IMG/VR virus record: IMGVR_UViG_3300033183_000299
Coordinates: 107,508-171,507 of that record
Origin: a virus
DNA: 64,000 nucleotides
Strand: one strand, 5' to 3'
The notes under the pieces are model-generated. The model saw nothing but the letters and a program-made list of their open reading frames with translations. It searched no databases and was not told the DNA's origin. A program made the position numbers and the translations under genes. Below, piece after piece: positions 48,401 through 58,300 of this stretch. Position 1 is the stretch's first letter. The number at the start of each line of letters is the position of its first letter.

Positions 48401-48720
48401 CGAGGGTATAAGTTATCGAATACATACTTGTCAAGATAAGAGGAGGAGTTTTCAAATTCTACTTTCTCAGCCAACGTACCATCGTATGGATACTCGTTGT
48501 GAATTCTCTCAAATGCCTTTTCGTAGTAAAGCTCGGCAGATCCAAACTTTGCAAAGTTCGCAGGATCAGAAAAATCAATGGGAGGTATAAATTGATCAAA
48601 CTCTTTTCGTTTAGCCTCGACAAACTCAGAAGACTCTACTGTCTCAACCAATTCATCTGATGTGACCGTCTTCTGTATTTTTGGTGTTCCAGGATTGTTA
48701 AATAAATCTTTGATGCTCAT
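42490..48720 (-). CDS. Large baseplate protein with multiple LamG/ConA-like domains
   Basis: 2076 aa. FTIEFW..., WNHYAL, GSIDEFRFWK, IYKSKGT (wedge-like), FNFWVN. Confidence 0.75.
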   Translation of the reverse strand: MSIKDLFNNPGTPKIQKTVTSDELVETVESSEFVEAKRKEFDQFIPPIDFSDPANFAKFGSAELYYEKAFERIHNEYPYDGTLAEKVEFENSSSYLDKYVFDNLYPRTNGYVNFDGTTFIDIDGGPHTASLGMDGKPLDSTFDDSMVYEENVRESAFSFDSEEGFTIEFWMKKDDPVPATEQEVLFEVSNRQRDVIPTASYGIIYLYLNDAQEISLDFAGATGDYIEFTGAVGTSVGDGWNHYALSIRSSQANGSTLKCYKNAQLVEQREIPEYVEEISDNGFGLNATIGGQMAPSFFASKHDFPFVGSIDEFRFWKTERSPEQIFNSWFTQVGGGTNKHDANLDLGLYYKFNEGITGNAALDSIILDYSGRITNGRVTGYNTAFRSTGSAITEALGEPEFLDPIIYSSHPDVISTKAEYKQTGSLADLSSTSQFISYFPGWMQEEDEQQGQQLKYLSQVLGSYFDTLWHQINFVDKIHDSHYIDDSRKALPFSKKLLYDRGFVIPDLFVDATITENLLAKDDNEVYEKQVSEVRNTIYHNIYNNLETIYKSKGTEKSFRNFFRSVGIGQDLVKLNLYADDSTFVLRDNYEFKSLEKNFLNFNREGHFGATIYQSSSNGDYYIPGDKDYLGSFTFESELVLPRKPKRGDVGYLEFPYLISSVGGFHSTGSAFDYPTTDFGMQIQVIKDDYERNITEDTQTIKFMLTGAFGELTSSNISYQYDNNKWNLAVRMRHANYPYANVTGNVADDYVLEFYGVEADGNTERNSFITSTSITSDYFRSDKIFFGGAERTNYSGSILNNTDVRLGSIRYWHSYLSNEAIKQHAFDPETFGADKPFQSDLVDTYPVEIPREKTLALHWGFSSLTGSDSSGEMIIPDLSSGSVAPTSYGSLASTIGQTNEAKGIGFNASDSKALDKDFLHVARKRRPDDLMSSDLTIIKTEETEQFFVDDDVSDNFYSFEKSMWGAVSDEMLNMFATALDMNNLIGQPNQKYHHRYNMADFLRDRFFDDVENEPDLEKFTSFYKWIDDSISIALQQLVPASARFSSKINNIVESHVLERSKYVHQLPILTTFESTEGSIKGISEMRYDWKHGHAPENPEEEQNNVLWQRERKEKDGLREILRQSRNNHSLQSSGLSRVDIGGSTYISDAYSVRRFSKTHELGMQTQQTIHGGVNFSRNKNLHLFHEAVSPAGAENQPFGEPMNIITVGLEDGVGIISETRNEDNPPRKKKFEAIANVQKFMGSEYAENLKSNFVLPMNLMSGTVHTGYNKKIKEMFQSDVIFSNLHHDSVGLTNDISMQGPFTNAHIGGLQYRHVDINKFDESKSFTVNVEAISQLPTGLLEFDVSVLEEKYNEGTGSWVRVRDADGTRITAYYAPYFDFVDNQWSSIDELSYLLNHKLDVYANKQSESILELTQSSSGSFYNNTIITDSNNFITASGFSGGVARTLIPVERNLDHRGLRPEGWGLLFKTHPRIDDEDGAFGFVGADYGTPYPYPYYAKATRYREEYAKRPINVKNIKTDSDTQKVGNYKSEIEIFSVAPEHQKTWAIEAYSDETIDILPPYVADALPDSTHYQTLISRAALDIGNVFGQFNNNRQFDSSESEIQSLALRATESSEAYMYASDSSASGYNTTGEVSFNFWVNLDNDSTTTRYVLDSVDSSNNTTYKIYFTGGDIYFQAGSGSAIKYWSYILTLSDYVNTWTNFTIIWPIDFTKQPKIHINGGSGSLMSYAAGTASGTSVSTLAELYLFDSKQNSNAYELQGSLMNFGIWSVALNSSQVGILYNGGVAFDNAPGYTTSLIDYWKLGNDKTGFSIGDNVTPDGLQFNSEYGSASNHLSAKSSLVFSAGTDTETRKKDPIILNPDLNNVIETPSTSSQYVSQRNINTRFSAPGGIEVQTTSYLDAYSQTYSVHNALPWRNSSVLGSGSGEEGTIRVEDHLGLRRGLKTLRGLHMGKFGIDSDYGEITSNNYPSSGSFNKQHRNTSHRMEWNGSPDVGLSGIELITGSAYDNAFINTTIPRSELQYSWINSAISGSDAPEQNILGYAPRDGIVSSSVGFVDAIVFPSASSITADVYVPPP

Positions 48721-50117
48721 TAATCTACCACTCTAAACTTAAATCTATAAGGTTGCTCTTCCCATCCATTTTCTTCATCGTAAAAGCAATATTGTACGTC
48801 ATATAAATATCCTGATTCTAGATAACTTGTATCTAAGTTAAAGTAGTTCCCAGAAACATCATAAGACAACCCAGTGTGCATTGTAGAGCCTGTTCCGTAA
48901 GGAACAACGATATGGTCATCTATTGATCTTCTGATCTGATAAGATGAGCTTTCGAAGACTAACGATGGAATATTCTTTTGAGTAGCAACCGTGTAAATGT
49001 TTGGAGACCAGTTTTTTTCTCGTACATATAGATTAAGTCTGTGTGTTTGATTTTTCTTATATTCTTTTTTGAGTCTCGGCATAGAGAGGACGTATGATCC
49101 TTCATTACTATATCCTTGCGAGGAAAAGCTTTTCACTTCAATTGTACCTGTGTGAAACTGCGTTGAGCCTGAGAACCACACATCGTAAACTGTCGAACCT
49201 GTTGTGTCTACTTCAACATCACATTTGTAGATTCCTGTACCGACAGCTGAGCCAGTAAACGAGCCAGTCAATTTTGTTCCACCGATTGAATCATATATAT
49301 CAACATATATATCGTTTGAACCAAGCGCAGGGATGTCCCTCAGGCGGCCTCTGATGCTGTTGTAGAGGTATAAAGTGTTTAGGTTATCCGATGGTGGTGC
49401 AAGGGGTGAAGATGCGTAGAAATTGCCCCTATCGTCCTTTCTGGAGCTATCCCAACGAGCTTCCAATACTGGTCTCGCAAAAAAGAACTCAGAGTCTCTG
49501 CCGAAGAATTTCTTTCTGAAGAAAGATCGTGCTTCACTCTCGAGGGCATCAGGAAGCTTAATTCCGAATCCATAATTATCCTTTGATGAATTAAGCCACT
49601 CTTCAACAAGCAAAGACACATCAACTTCCAAGTCTTCAAGACCAGTTTCAAATTCAGCCACGAAAGATGGAGAAACATGATAGTCCCCACCGGGGGTTGT
49701 CCATGCTGAAGCTGAAGCATTGTTGATCCAGTTTGAACCAATACCATCTCTCGTTTCATCTTCATAAAAATCCATGTCTAAACCATAGCCCTCCTCCCAA
49801 GATGAAGATACGGCAAGAACATCTAAGTTAAAATTAGAAGGTGTTGTTTGTGAATGTGGTGCATTGTACATCTTGAGGTACCAAGAAACGCCTGATGATG
49901 GGATGGTGTTTCCAATTTCGCTAGATATCTCATTCATATCAAATTGGATTAAGATCCTCGCAGACTCGGTTGATGCCGATGAAGCTTGTCCGTAAATGGT
50001 AAAGACCTCCAATATATCTGAGGCTCCCATGTTGGAGCCGGTACCTCGAGTAACCAAGTTTTCTTCAAATGCATTTGTGATTGTATTATCTTTTGTCGCA
50101 TAAAATCTTTTGATCAT
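48720..50117 (-). CDS. Virion structural protein (DNRLRE-like beta domain)
   Basis: KDNTI, ARILIQFD, WEEG.G, WTTPGGD, NYGF, RP.LE motifs. Confidence 0.6.
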   Translation of the reverse strand: MIKRFYATKDNTITNAFEENLVTRGTGSNMGASDILEVFTIYGQASSASTESARILIQFDMNEISSEIGNTIPSSGVSWYLKMYNAPHSQTTPSNFNLDVLAVSSSWEEGYGLDMDFYEDETRDGIGSNWINNASASAWTTPGGDYHVSPSFVAEFETGLEDLEVDVSLLVEEWLNSSKDNYGFGIKLPDALESEARSFFRKKFFGRDSEFFFARPVLEARWDSSRKDDRGNFYASSPLAPPSDNLNTLYLYNSIRGRLRDIPALGSNDIYVDIYDSIGGTKLTGSFTGSAVGTGIYKCDVEVDTTGSTVYDVWFSGSTQFHTGTIEVKSFSSQGYSNEGSYVLSMPRLKKEYKKNQTHRLNLYVREKNWSPNIYTVATQKNIPSLVFESSSYQIRRSIDDHIVVPYGTGSTMHTGLSYDVSGNYFNLDTSYLESGYLYDVQYCFYDEENGWEEQPYRFKFRVVD

Positions 50118-51910
50118 ACCGCAGCTCCTCTGATGTCTGTTCTAAAGTTTTTGATTTCAAAAATAACATTCCTAGGGGTCATCAGGTATGTTCCATCTTT
50201 TGACTTCATCTCATCGATTGATACTGGTGCTGAACTATACCCCAAACCAGTTTTTAATACTGGTGTGACCTTTGAAGTGTCCACTACGCCATCAACCTTA
50301 TTGATGATGTTATATATGTTGGTTAAATAGAAAGGTTCGCCAATGTACATCTTGTTGGACATCTCTTCTCTAAGCCTTCTATTAACTGAATTCAACACTT
50401 CTGCCTTGTCTCTTGTTGGGTGAACAATAATTTCATAATCAAATCCGATATTTAAAACTTTAGCATCGTAGATGTCGATGTTGTCGTTCAGCATCTTGTT
50501 TTTGTTTAACCATGTCTTGACATTCTCTTTTAATGTAGAGTTGGCTGCGGTTAAGTTGCCAGAAGAATTTTCTGATATCACATAAACGGACAACCTTCTG
50601 TTTGAAGAAGAAGGATCGTTTATAACAGATGCTCTCTTAATTGATCCAAAAGCAGGCGGCATCATATAGATATAGGCCTCATAGTCATTGCGGGTCACAG
50701 AGCGTTGCTGAGCAGCTTTTGCTGCGTATGAGCGGTAACGTATCTCTTCTGATGTTGGAAGGCTTGTATTGCCCACTATGGCTTCGTCATTGGACACTTC
50801 CAGAGAACTTCTGACCGATGATTGCAAAGCGTCTCTGGTGCCATCTGCGTTTGGAAAGGTCATCGATGAGATTGAAATTTGATTTAAGTTTCCTTGTGCA
50901 ACATTGACTGAGTCTGAGTCGTTCTGATAGAACAATACAGTCAATGTCGTATTTGATGGAGATACTCCAAGTGTATTTGAATCCAAAAGTCTCGTTGGAT
51001 CAAACGCAGTATCCGTGATGTAAGGTTTGCCGGTCATCTTCAAGGCAATTTGTGAAGGGTCTGCGATATCTGTTGTACTATTTTCTTCATCTGTGCCATA
51101 TCCAAATTGTAAATATGTCCCAGTACTATCTTGTTCGACAACAAATCTTCTTGGTACAACTTTCGGCTTTATTATCTGCGGGACCCCATCAGCTGCAGCA
51201 TTAGGATTTGTAGTGTTGATATAAACTACATCTTGAGACAAGTGTTCTACTTGGTAATACTCGTGCCCTTCGCTATCGACAACAGATTTAATTTCTGCTA
51301 TTGACTGCGATCCTACTCTAACCCTTTGGAATCTTTGAAACTCTCCAATTTCAACAGATGTTCTGAATAGGACAGTTGATTTAACTTGGCCATGTGCTCT
51401 AATTGCATAGGATGTTGGCTTCCCAGTTGCATCGCTAAATCTCGCAGCAACCACTTCGTTTTTTGGATTATTGAAGTCTACATCTTCAGTCAAAACAAAG
51501 GTTGTCCCAGTTGTCGCTCTAACTTCTGATCCCGTTTTCAAGATTGGAATTAACGTTCTATCCGGCCCGAGACCACTCATAGCAGCTGGGACAACAATGT
51601 AGAATGTGGCCATTCCGAAGGCTGCCGGTCTCCCGGTGAATCTATAGCCAGTGTTTTTCGCTAACCTTCTCACATTGTCGTATTCAATAGCTGTTTCTAA
51701 AAACGATTCATTGACTTGATAGTCGAGATAGAAAGACAGCATGTCCCCAACATAAGCAACTGTATCAAGAACATAGGATCCAAAAGAGTTCTCCGAGAAG
51801 TCCTTATATGTATCCGGATAATATCTCTTTGCGTGTTCCTCCAGGTCCCTCTTGATTGATTCGAAGTCGCGGTTAGTGTAATTCACTAATATTTTTTTAT
51901 TATTAGACAT
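50114..51910 (-). CDS. Baseplate wedge subunit (T4 gp6-like)
   Basis: YT.RDFESIK, YKDF, AYVGDMLSFYLD...ESFL.TA, LQFG.G, QQRSVTRNDY. Confidence 0.85.
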   Translation of the reverse strand: MSNNKKILVNYTNRDFESIKRDLEEHAKRYYPDTYKDFSENSFGSYVLDTVAYVGDMLSFYLDYQVNESFLETAIEYDNVRRLAKNTGYRFTGRPAAFGMATFYIVVPAAMSGLGPDRTLIPILKTGSEVRATTGTTFVLTEDVDFNNPKNEVVAARFSDATGKPTSYAIRAHGQVKSTVLFRTSVEIGEFQRFQRVRVGSQSIAEIKSVVDSEGHEYYQVEHLSQDVVYINTTNPNAAADGVPQIIKPKVVPRRFVVEQDSTGTYLQFGYGTDEENSTTDIADPSQIALKMTGKPYITDTAFDPTRLLDSNTLGVSPSNTTLTVLFYQNDSDSVNVAQGNLNQISISSMTFPNADGTRDALQSSVRSSLEVSNDEAIVGNTSLPTSEEIRYRSYAAKAAQQRSVTRNDYEAYIYMMPPAFGSIKRASVINDPSSSNRRLSVYVISENSSGNLTAANSTLKENVKTWLNKNKMLNDNIDIYDAKVLNIGFDYEIIVHPTRDKAEVLNSVNRRLREEMSNKMYIGEPFYLTNIYNIINKVDGVVDTSKVTPVLKTGLGYSSAPVSIDEMKSKDGTYLMTPRNVIFEIKNFRTDIRGAAV

Positions 51911-52311
51911 TAATAGAACCCTATGTTGTTTTCTGGTTTGGCATCCAGCTCAAATAATTGTTGAGTTGCATCCCCAGGTATCGTATATGTAATTTGCACT
52001 CTCATAAGTCCCATGTCCACATCGTCTGGGTCTGCGTTAATTTGAATATCTTGCACAGTTAAGTATGGAAGATATATTGAAATTTGAGAGGAGATTCTGC
52101 TTGCAATAGAGGATCTAACCGATGGGACGTTTTGCTCAAAAATAAACCTTCTGATTCCAACACCATAATCCATATCGCTCAAGTTTTCACCCGGAGATGT
52201 TAGCAATAGGTTCTTTAGGTAGAATGATATCTGTTGATTGATATCATCGTAAAGTTCAAACGTATCGTGATTACCCGACTTAAGTGGGAATTTAGGTCCA
52301 TAGAGAGGCAT
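51910..52311 (-). CDS. Baseplate wedge protein gp25/GPW
   Basis: LKNLLLTSPGE...DYGVGIRRFIFE...YLPY. Late motif at 52334-52341. Confidence 0.85.
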   Translation of the reverse strand: MPLYGPKFPLKSGNHDTFELYDDINQQISFYLKNLLLTSPGENLSDMDYGVGIRRFIFEQNVPSVRSSIASRISSQISIYLPYLTVQDIQINADPDDVDMGLMRVQITYTIPGDATQQLFELDAKPENNIGFY

Positions 52312-52343
52312 AGTCAGTTTCCTTTTTATACCTTAATTAGTTA

Positions 52344-55300
52344 TTATTGCAAATCTTTCTCAGGGTCTGCGCACTCTTGTCCATTAGCATCATATATCTT
52401 TGTTTGCATCCTTCGCTTCATCCACCAAGGCAACTTAACTGCCGGTAGAGCAAAAGAATCAAATGGATTATTTAGCTTTATAAGGCTCATGAAATCAGAA
52501 TCATCATCATCCTCATCTGGGCTTAGGCCATCAGCGGTATTAGAAAGATATAGGGATTTAAATTCTCGCCTTAAAAAGTTCTTTCCAAACTTGTTAATTG
52601 TTCCGTCAAACTCTGGGATATCTGGGTCCTCTTCGACTCTTTCACCTTCACCTCTACCGAATGAAGCAGGCAGTGTTTCCATGCAATATATGGCCAACAT
52701 TGATGATGCCTGTCTGAAGTTTAAGATCTTATCAAACATCACGGTGAATCCTGGTTGGTCCACGATTTTATTTATCAAGCACTCTAAATCATATCTCTCA
52801 ATTCCACTATATGGATCAAATTGCTCAAATGTGCTATCAACCACATCTATCTCTGCTGAGGATAGTGGTATCATGATTCCGCCGTCATCAAATAAAAACG
52901 ATTTTTCTCTTTTAGAAAGTTGCATAAAAGCACTATCGGATCTAAGCTGCTCCATCTCCTCTTCGCTAAAGTAATCTTCCGGCACAACAATGGACAGCCT
53001 TAAGCCGTATTTAACCCCAGTAGATCCAATCACTCCAGTAGGTTGCGGGGTCTCCCCATCAAGAAGAAAAGACTCATCATATGAAACTTGAAAATCTTCA
53101 AAATCACGAGAGGCCAAATAGGAGCTCAGCCCTCCAGCAAAAACACCATATTCGATTTCTGAGTTTAATTCAGATAGCCTCAATATACTATTGTTAGTTG
53201 CAAAACCTTTGTCCATTAGTTTCTTGAAAGATCCAGTGTATGTAAATGATAAATCACCGAAGCAATCAGAAAGCATTACGTCGTCTAAATCATTTAAGTT
53301 CAGACTTACAAACTCAGACATGTTCTTGAGGGATATGGCTCCTCTATATTTGTTATCTCGAAATGATATAGCATCGGGAACATCTCCAGACTCCTTATCC
53401 TCAAGTCTAACATAGCTTTGGAGTATAAATTGAATCTCATCAGATTTCTCTATTGGGAGATTGATGTTGTTATCACTAAGTTCTGGGATCTTACCAACTT
53501 TTACATTTCCAGTTTGCTTACCAAGATAGTAAGAATTCAATCCAACCTTGGAGGTTGAATCTGGGAAGAACGACTTCATTCCAAAAAATGATTTATACAA
53601 ATCAAAATAGTAAGGCTTGTCTGTCGGACCATCGATAACATTTTGGGATAACCTATCTAGTTCGCTTCGTATCAACTCTTTCATTACATTTATCGCTTCT
53701 CTCTCGAACAATTTAATGAAATAGATTTTTTGAAAGAACTGCAGCTTCTTTACATTTGCATACCTTATTGTACTTGCTTTCACTTTGACATTAGCTGAGG
53801 ATCCGTCGAAAAATGTTTCTCTCTCATCTTCCTTGGCTAGTCTAAAATCCACAGCCATTGCAACATGATATAGCATACCCTTATTGATTTCCTCAATCGG
53901 ATCGTAAGATGATGGAGGTCTAGCAAGATTTATATTCTCTATTTCTTTTCTCAACCTCTTCTTCATTTCTTTATCTACGACCCTGTACTTATCGAGACCA
54001 AGTTGTATTCTATTAAGGGAATTCATTACGCTCTCTGGTGCTTCAATCCCGTCAACATCAATCATTCTCTGGTATGCCTCGACGCATTGCTCCAAAAATG
54101 TATACCAGTATCTTTCTCGAACAATTCTCACTTTCTTATTTGAAGTGCGAACTCCCAAATCACTCATCTCAGTTTGCATCTTTTTTACAATATAGAACAT
54201 CATTGAGTCATCAAAATTTTCTCCCCTTATTTGCAAATTTGAGAATAGACCATAGCCCTTCATAAAGAACTCTGCTAAGTAAGTTCTTATGGTTGTTCGT
54301 ATAACCCCATCTAACTTAGCTTTATTTTTTGCATCCAAAAGTAGGTGGAATGGCTTAACGGATACGCAATCTGGTGATTTTGATAACCTGGGATCATTTC
54401 TTAGAGATGCATCAAGATTTTTAACCCTGTCTTTGATGTCTTTGAAAGATAGCATTGGAGGAGTCTTTGGCTCACAACCTTCTTGAGAATCAAAGGCGTT
54501 TGTGGCTAACTCAAGCCAACCAAAAAACTTTCTTGGCTCAACGTAATATGGAGGATTGTTATAGTTCCCTCCGTAAATTGCTGGGTCTAGAGGAATTATT
54601 CTCTCGCTTGCGAAGGTTCCAAGTTCACCTTCGTTTTCCGATGGAGTATATTCAAATGAATCTCTCGTTAGATCATCGGTAACATATCCAAACTTGTATC
54701 CTGTTGGTAGTCCATCCTCAGACTCATAGTTGGTCAGTAGGGCTTCAATCATTTTTTTATTTGAGGTCTCGAACAAGTCTTCATAAATCTCTGAGAAGTC
54801 TTTGTTCAGAGGGATTTTGTTTTTCATAATCCTATTGAAGGCTGCTTTTCGTATATCTTGCTTTTGATTACCCCTATACATGAAGCCATTATCTTGGAGA
54901 TACTTTTCTTCCCCCTCAAGTATGTCAACTGGGGTGTTTATATTTACTTCTAGTACATCCTCAGTGTCGTTGATGTTTTCTAATACTTGCAAGTTATAGC
55001 CAAATGTTTTCTTCGGCGCTCTGAGATTTGAAACAGAGACGATCTGCTTATACGAGAAGCCGTCTTGTTCATCAACGTATCGATAAACTATATTCTTTGA
55101 AGTTTTTCTCCCTCTCTTTACTCTAGAGAAATTATACACTGTACCAGAGTCGCTCAGAATCTCTTCTCTCTGCTTTAATCCAACAGTTTCTGGATATAAG
55201 CCTGGTGCACCATCGGCATCGTCATAGCCAATATTCATCAATATCTGTTTGAACTTACCTGAGGTATTGAATTTCAAATCTCGCTCTTCTTGAGTGTTTG

Positions 55301-58300
55301 AATAATTTATTCTAAATATTTTTTGAAAAGATCTTGCGAACTCTCGTCTACCAGTGGTGTCCCTCATGGCCTCAGCTAAAAGACCCCCTCGGGTAAAAAA
55401 CCCAATAGTTAAAGATCTAGATATGTTGTCAAAAAATCCTTCAACCAACTCATCACTTTGATCCCTGTCGACTTGCGAGGTTGAGACATCATTGAATAAA
55501 TTATTTGGATTACAAACATCTTTCAACACCTCATTGGTGGCCGATCCATAAAAAGGGCCATCAGTTTGCAAGTTTCCAACATCATCCATCAGTGTCTCTA
55601 GAGCATCCAAGGTGGCATCGTTTAGTTTCTTAACGTAATCTTCAGCTGGTCTGAATCCCATATCACCTAACAGACCTTCTCTTAAGTTATTCCACTCGTT
55701 TAACTGATCACTCGTTAAGCAGATGGCTTGGGATATGGGCAGGTTTGGAACACCCGCATCCAACATATCCCTAATTCTATTTCTTTCTTCTGAGGGCAGA
55801 AATGACCCAAGACTCTTGAAAAAGAAAGCTACTTGATTTGGGTCTCCGAGTAATACGTTCATTTCTGGGGCTAGAGCGTTGACGGCATTAGAAATCCTCT
55901 TATTAAATTGAGAATTTTCCTCGCCATCTCTTGCGACCATAGCTTCCAAAAACTCCTCAGTCGAAGCAACAGATGAGATAATATTTGCAACTTTCGAACC
56001 AGCATTTTCATAATCAGCTCCCTCATCAAAAGAAAGCGGTGCAAAGAGTGCCTCAGCTAACTGTTCAGCCTTAGACCTACTGGTGGCTAGGTCTTCACCA
56101 TCGTTGCAGAACGCCTCATTCAATGCCCTATAAAAGCTGCCTTTCAAATTTCCACGAAGTCCGTCAGCAACGATACCCCCCGCTGCCTCTACTAAATTAC
56201 AAAGAGAGCTTTCCAAAGTAAACATTAGCCTCTTCAATAAAGATATCGCTAATTCCGATACCAGCTTTATTATTGCTTCTCTGAATATTTCGTTGAATTG
56301 GTATTCAATTTTAAATCTAAAATTTATGTTTGGAACAATTAGTTTTGGAAACGCCAAAGACACTGTCGGGTCACACACATCAACAGATAGGGACTTCATA
56401 AAATCACCTGCTGGTGGGTAAATGACTGGTGCGATAGGACAAGGACTTAGGAGTAGCTGCTCAACCTTATCTAAGGCGAAGTCTACTGCTGGATATGACC
56501 TAAGTCTCTCAAAAAGATCATCTATTGAAAAGTAATCCAAGATTGACTCAATTGCAAAATCAAAAATAACATCAAATACTGCATCAACCTTTACGCCCAA
56601 TGCCGTTTCCTTAAATGATTCAGCTACTCTCTCAAAGTCATTAAGTTCTTCTCCTGTTATTACAGAAGAGTCCAGAGCTTGGGAGAAATTTTCAGTAGTT
56701 GTTTCGGCTAAGTCCCTAGAGAACTCTCCGATGGGCTCCAAGGCTTGCACTACTGATTGTAGGGAAGTCTCTAGGGACTTTTGATATAATTCATCTATTG
56801 ATCTCAAAATCTCAGATGCTGATTGTGTGACTTCTTGTTTTCCTTGCTCTATCAATGACTTGAATCTTTCTTCTAGTTCGGCAATTTCCCTATCTACACC
56901 TTTTTCGATGTATCCGTCTAATTGAGATTCCAAATCTTCCTTCAGCCTTTTGTAATCTACAATTCTTTCAGCTGACTTTCTTGTTAGTTCAAGCTTCTCT
57001 CTCTTGTTTAATGCAAAATCAGATATTGTACCATCTTCATTGAACGTTGTATCTCTAAAGACATCATCTAGCAGCTTCCGCTCAGCTTCAATCAATGCAT
57101 TGAGGTTATCTACTTGGTCTTGTATCTCTCTCTTCTCTTCAAATACACCTCTAACTCCCGATATGGTCTCCGTTATTATCGAACTCGTAACTCTATCTAA
57201 GGCTTGGCGAAATGAACTTTGAGACTTTTTGTACTCTCTAGCATAATATTTTATACTTTGCAACATGTATTTTTTAGGCTTAATCTTTTTAAGCTCAGCA
57301 TCTTTGGAGCCTATTTTTTTACGATAAACATTTCCCTCTCCATCATCGTCAAGCAAGAAGGTCGCTGTTTGCTTATCCCAACCTAAAGAAGTCATTAGTT
57401 TATATATCTTTGCCCAAGCACTTTCAGTCAAGGCTCCCGAAGAGTGAGGTCCAATCACTCCTGCTACATATTGCTCCTCCTCTTCCGTTAGTGAATCGAT
57501 GAAACTCTCCAAACCAAAGTCAGTCCATTTTTGAGTAAAGATGTCCAGTACTCTATAGGCTTTGCTTTTTGATTTGACGAAATCTTTCATCGTTTGGCCG
57601 CTACCTTCAGCCAACTTAATCCCTATCAGGGATGTTATATCGACACCATTCCCAAACTGCTCTTCGATTGTCTTGTTTAGTTCCTCTCTAAATGATGCTG
57701 GTAGACCATTTAAAAATAGTCCGAAAGTATTAACCTCCATAAAATCAAAAGTCTTCTCAATTAAAATGTCTAAAAAATCATCAAACGATACTCCGTTCGC
57801 AATGCAATTCAGGGCCTTTCCTGCGATCTTAGACATACCGCAAATTCCAATTGCTGGTATAACATCAATTATATCAAGCTCTGATCTGTTTTCGATAGCA
57901 TCTTTGACCACTTTGACGTATGTATCTTCAAAGTTTTCAATGACCTCATTCGCAGCGTCCATTGCTTCTTGAAAGTGCGGAGAGTTTTGAATTTGATTAG
58001 AGAAAGACCCGCCCTCCAATAAGCCAAATTTGTCTACGGCAAATTGTGTTTTATTTCTCTCTATGTCTTCATTTGACTCTAAAGGGTCGGATTTTATATA
58101 TGTCTTCTTTTCACCTTCAATATTGGTATAATCAAACTTTATAAGAAAGACATTATCGACATAAACTTCTTCCAAGTACTTGAAAACATTATCTCTATTG
58201 ACTTTTTTTATGCCTTCATTGGGGGCGTATTCTTCATAATATCTGGTTACACTATCTATCAAATAATTGTAAGCCTTGTTCTCATATTCTTTTTTGTATC

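Noticed and set aside
52234-52974. 246-aa plus-strand ORF and other short plus-strand ORFs
   Set aside because: They lie opposite well-supported minus-strand genes and have no recognisable motifs.
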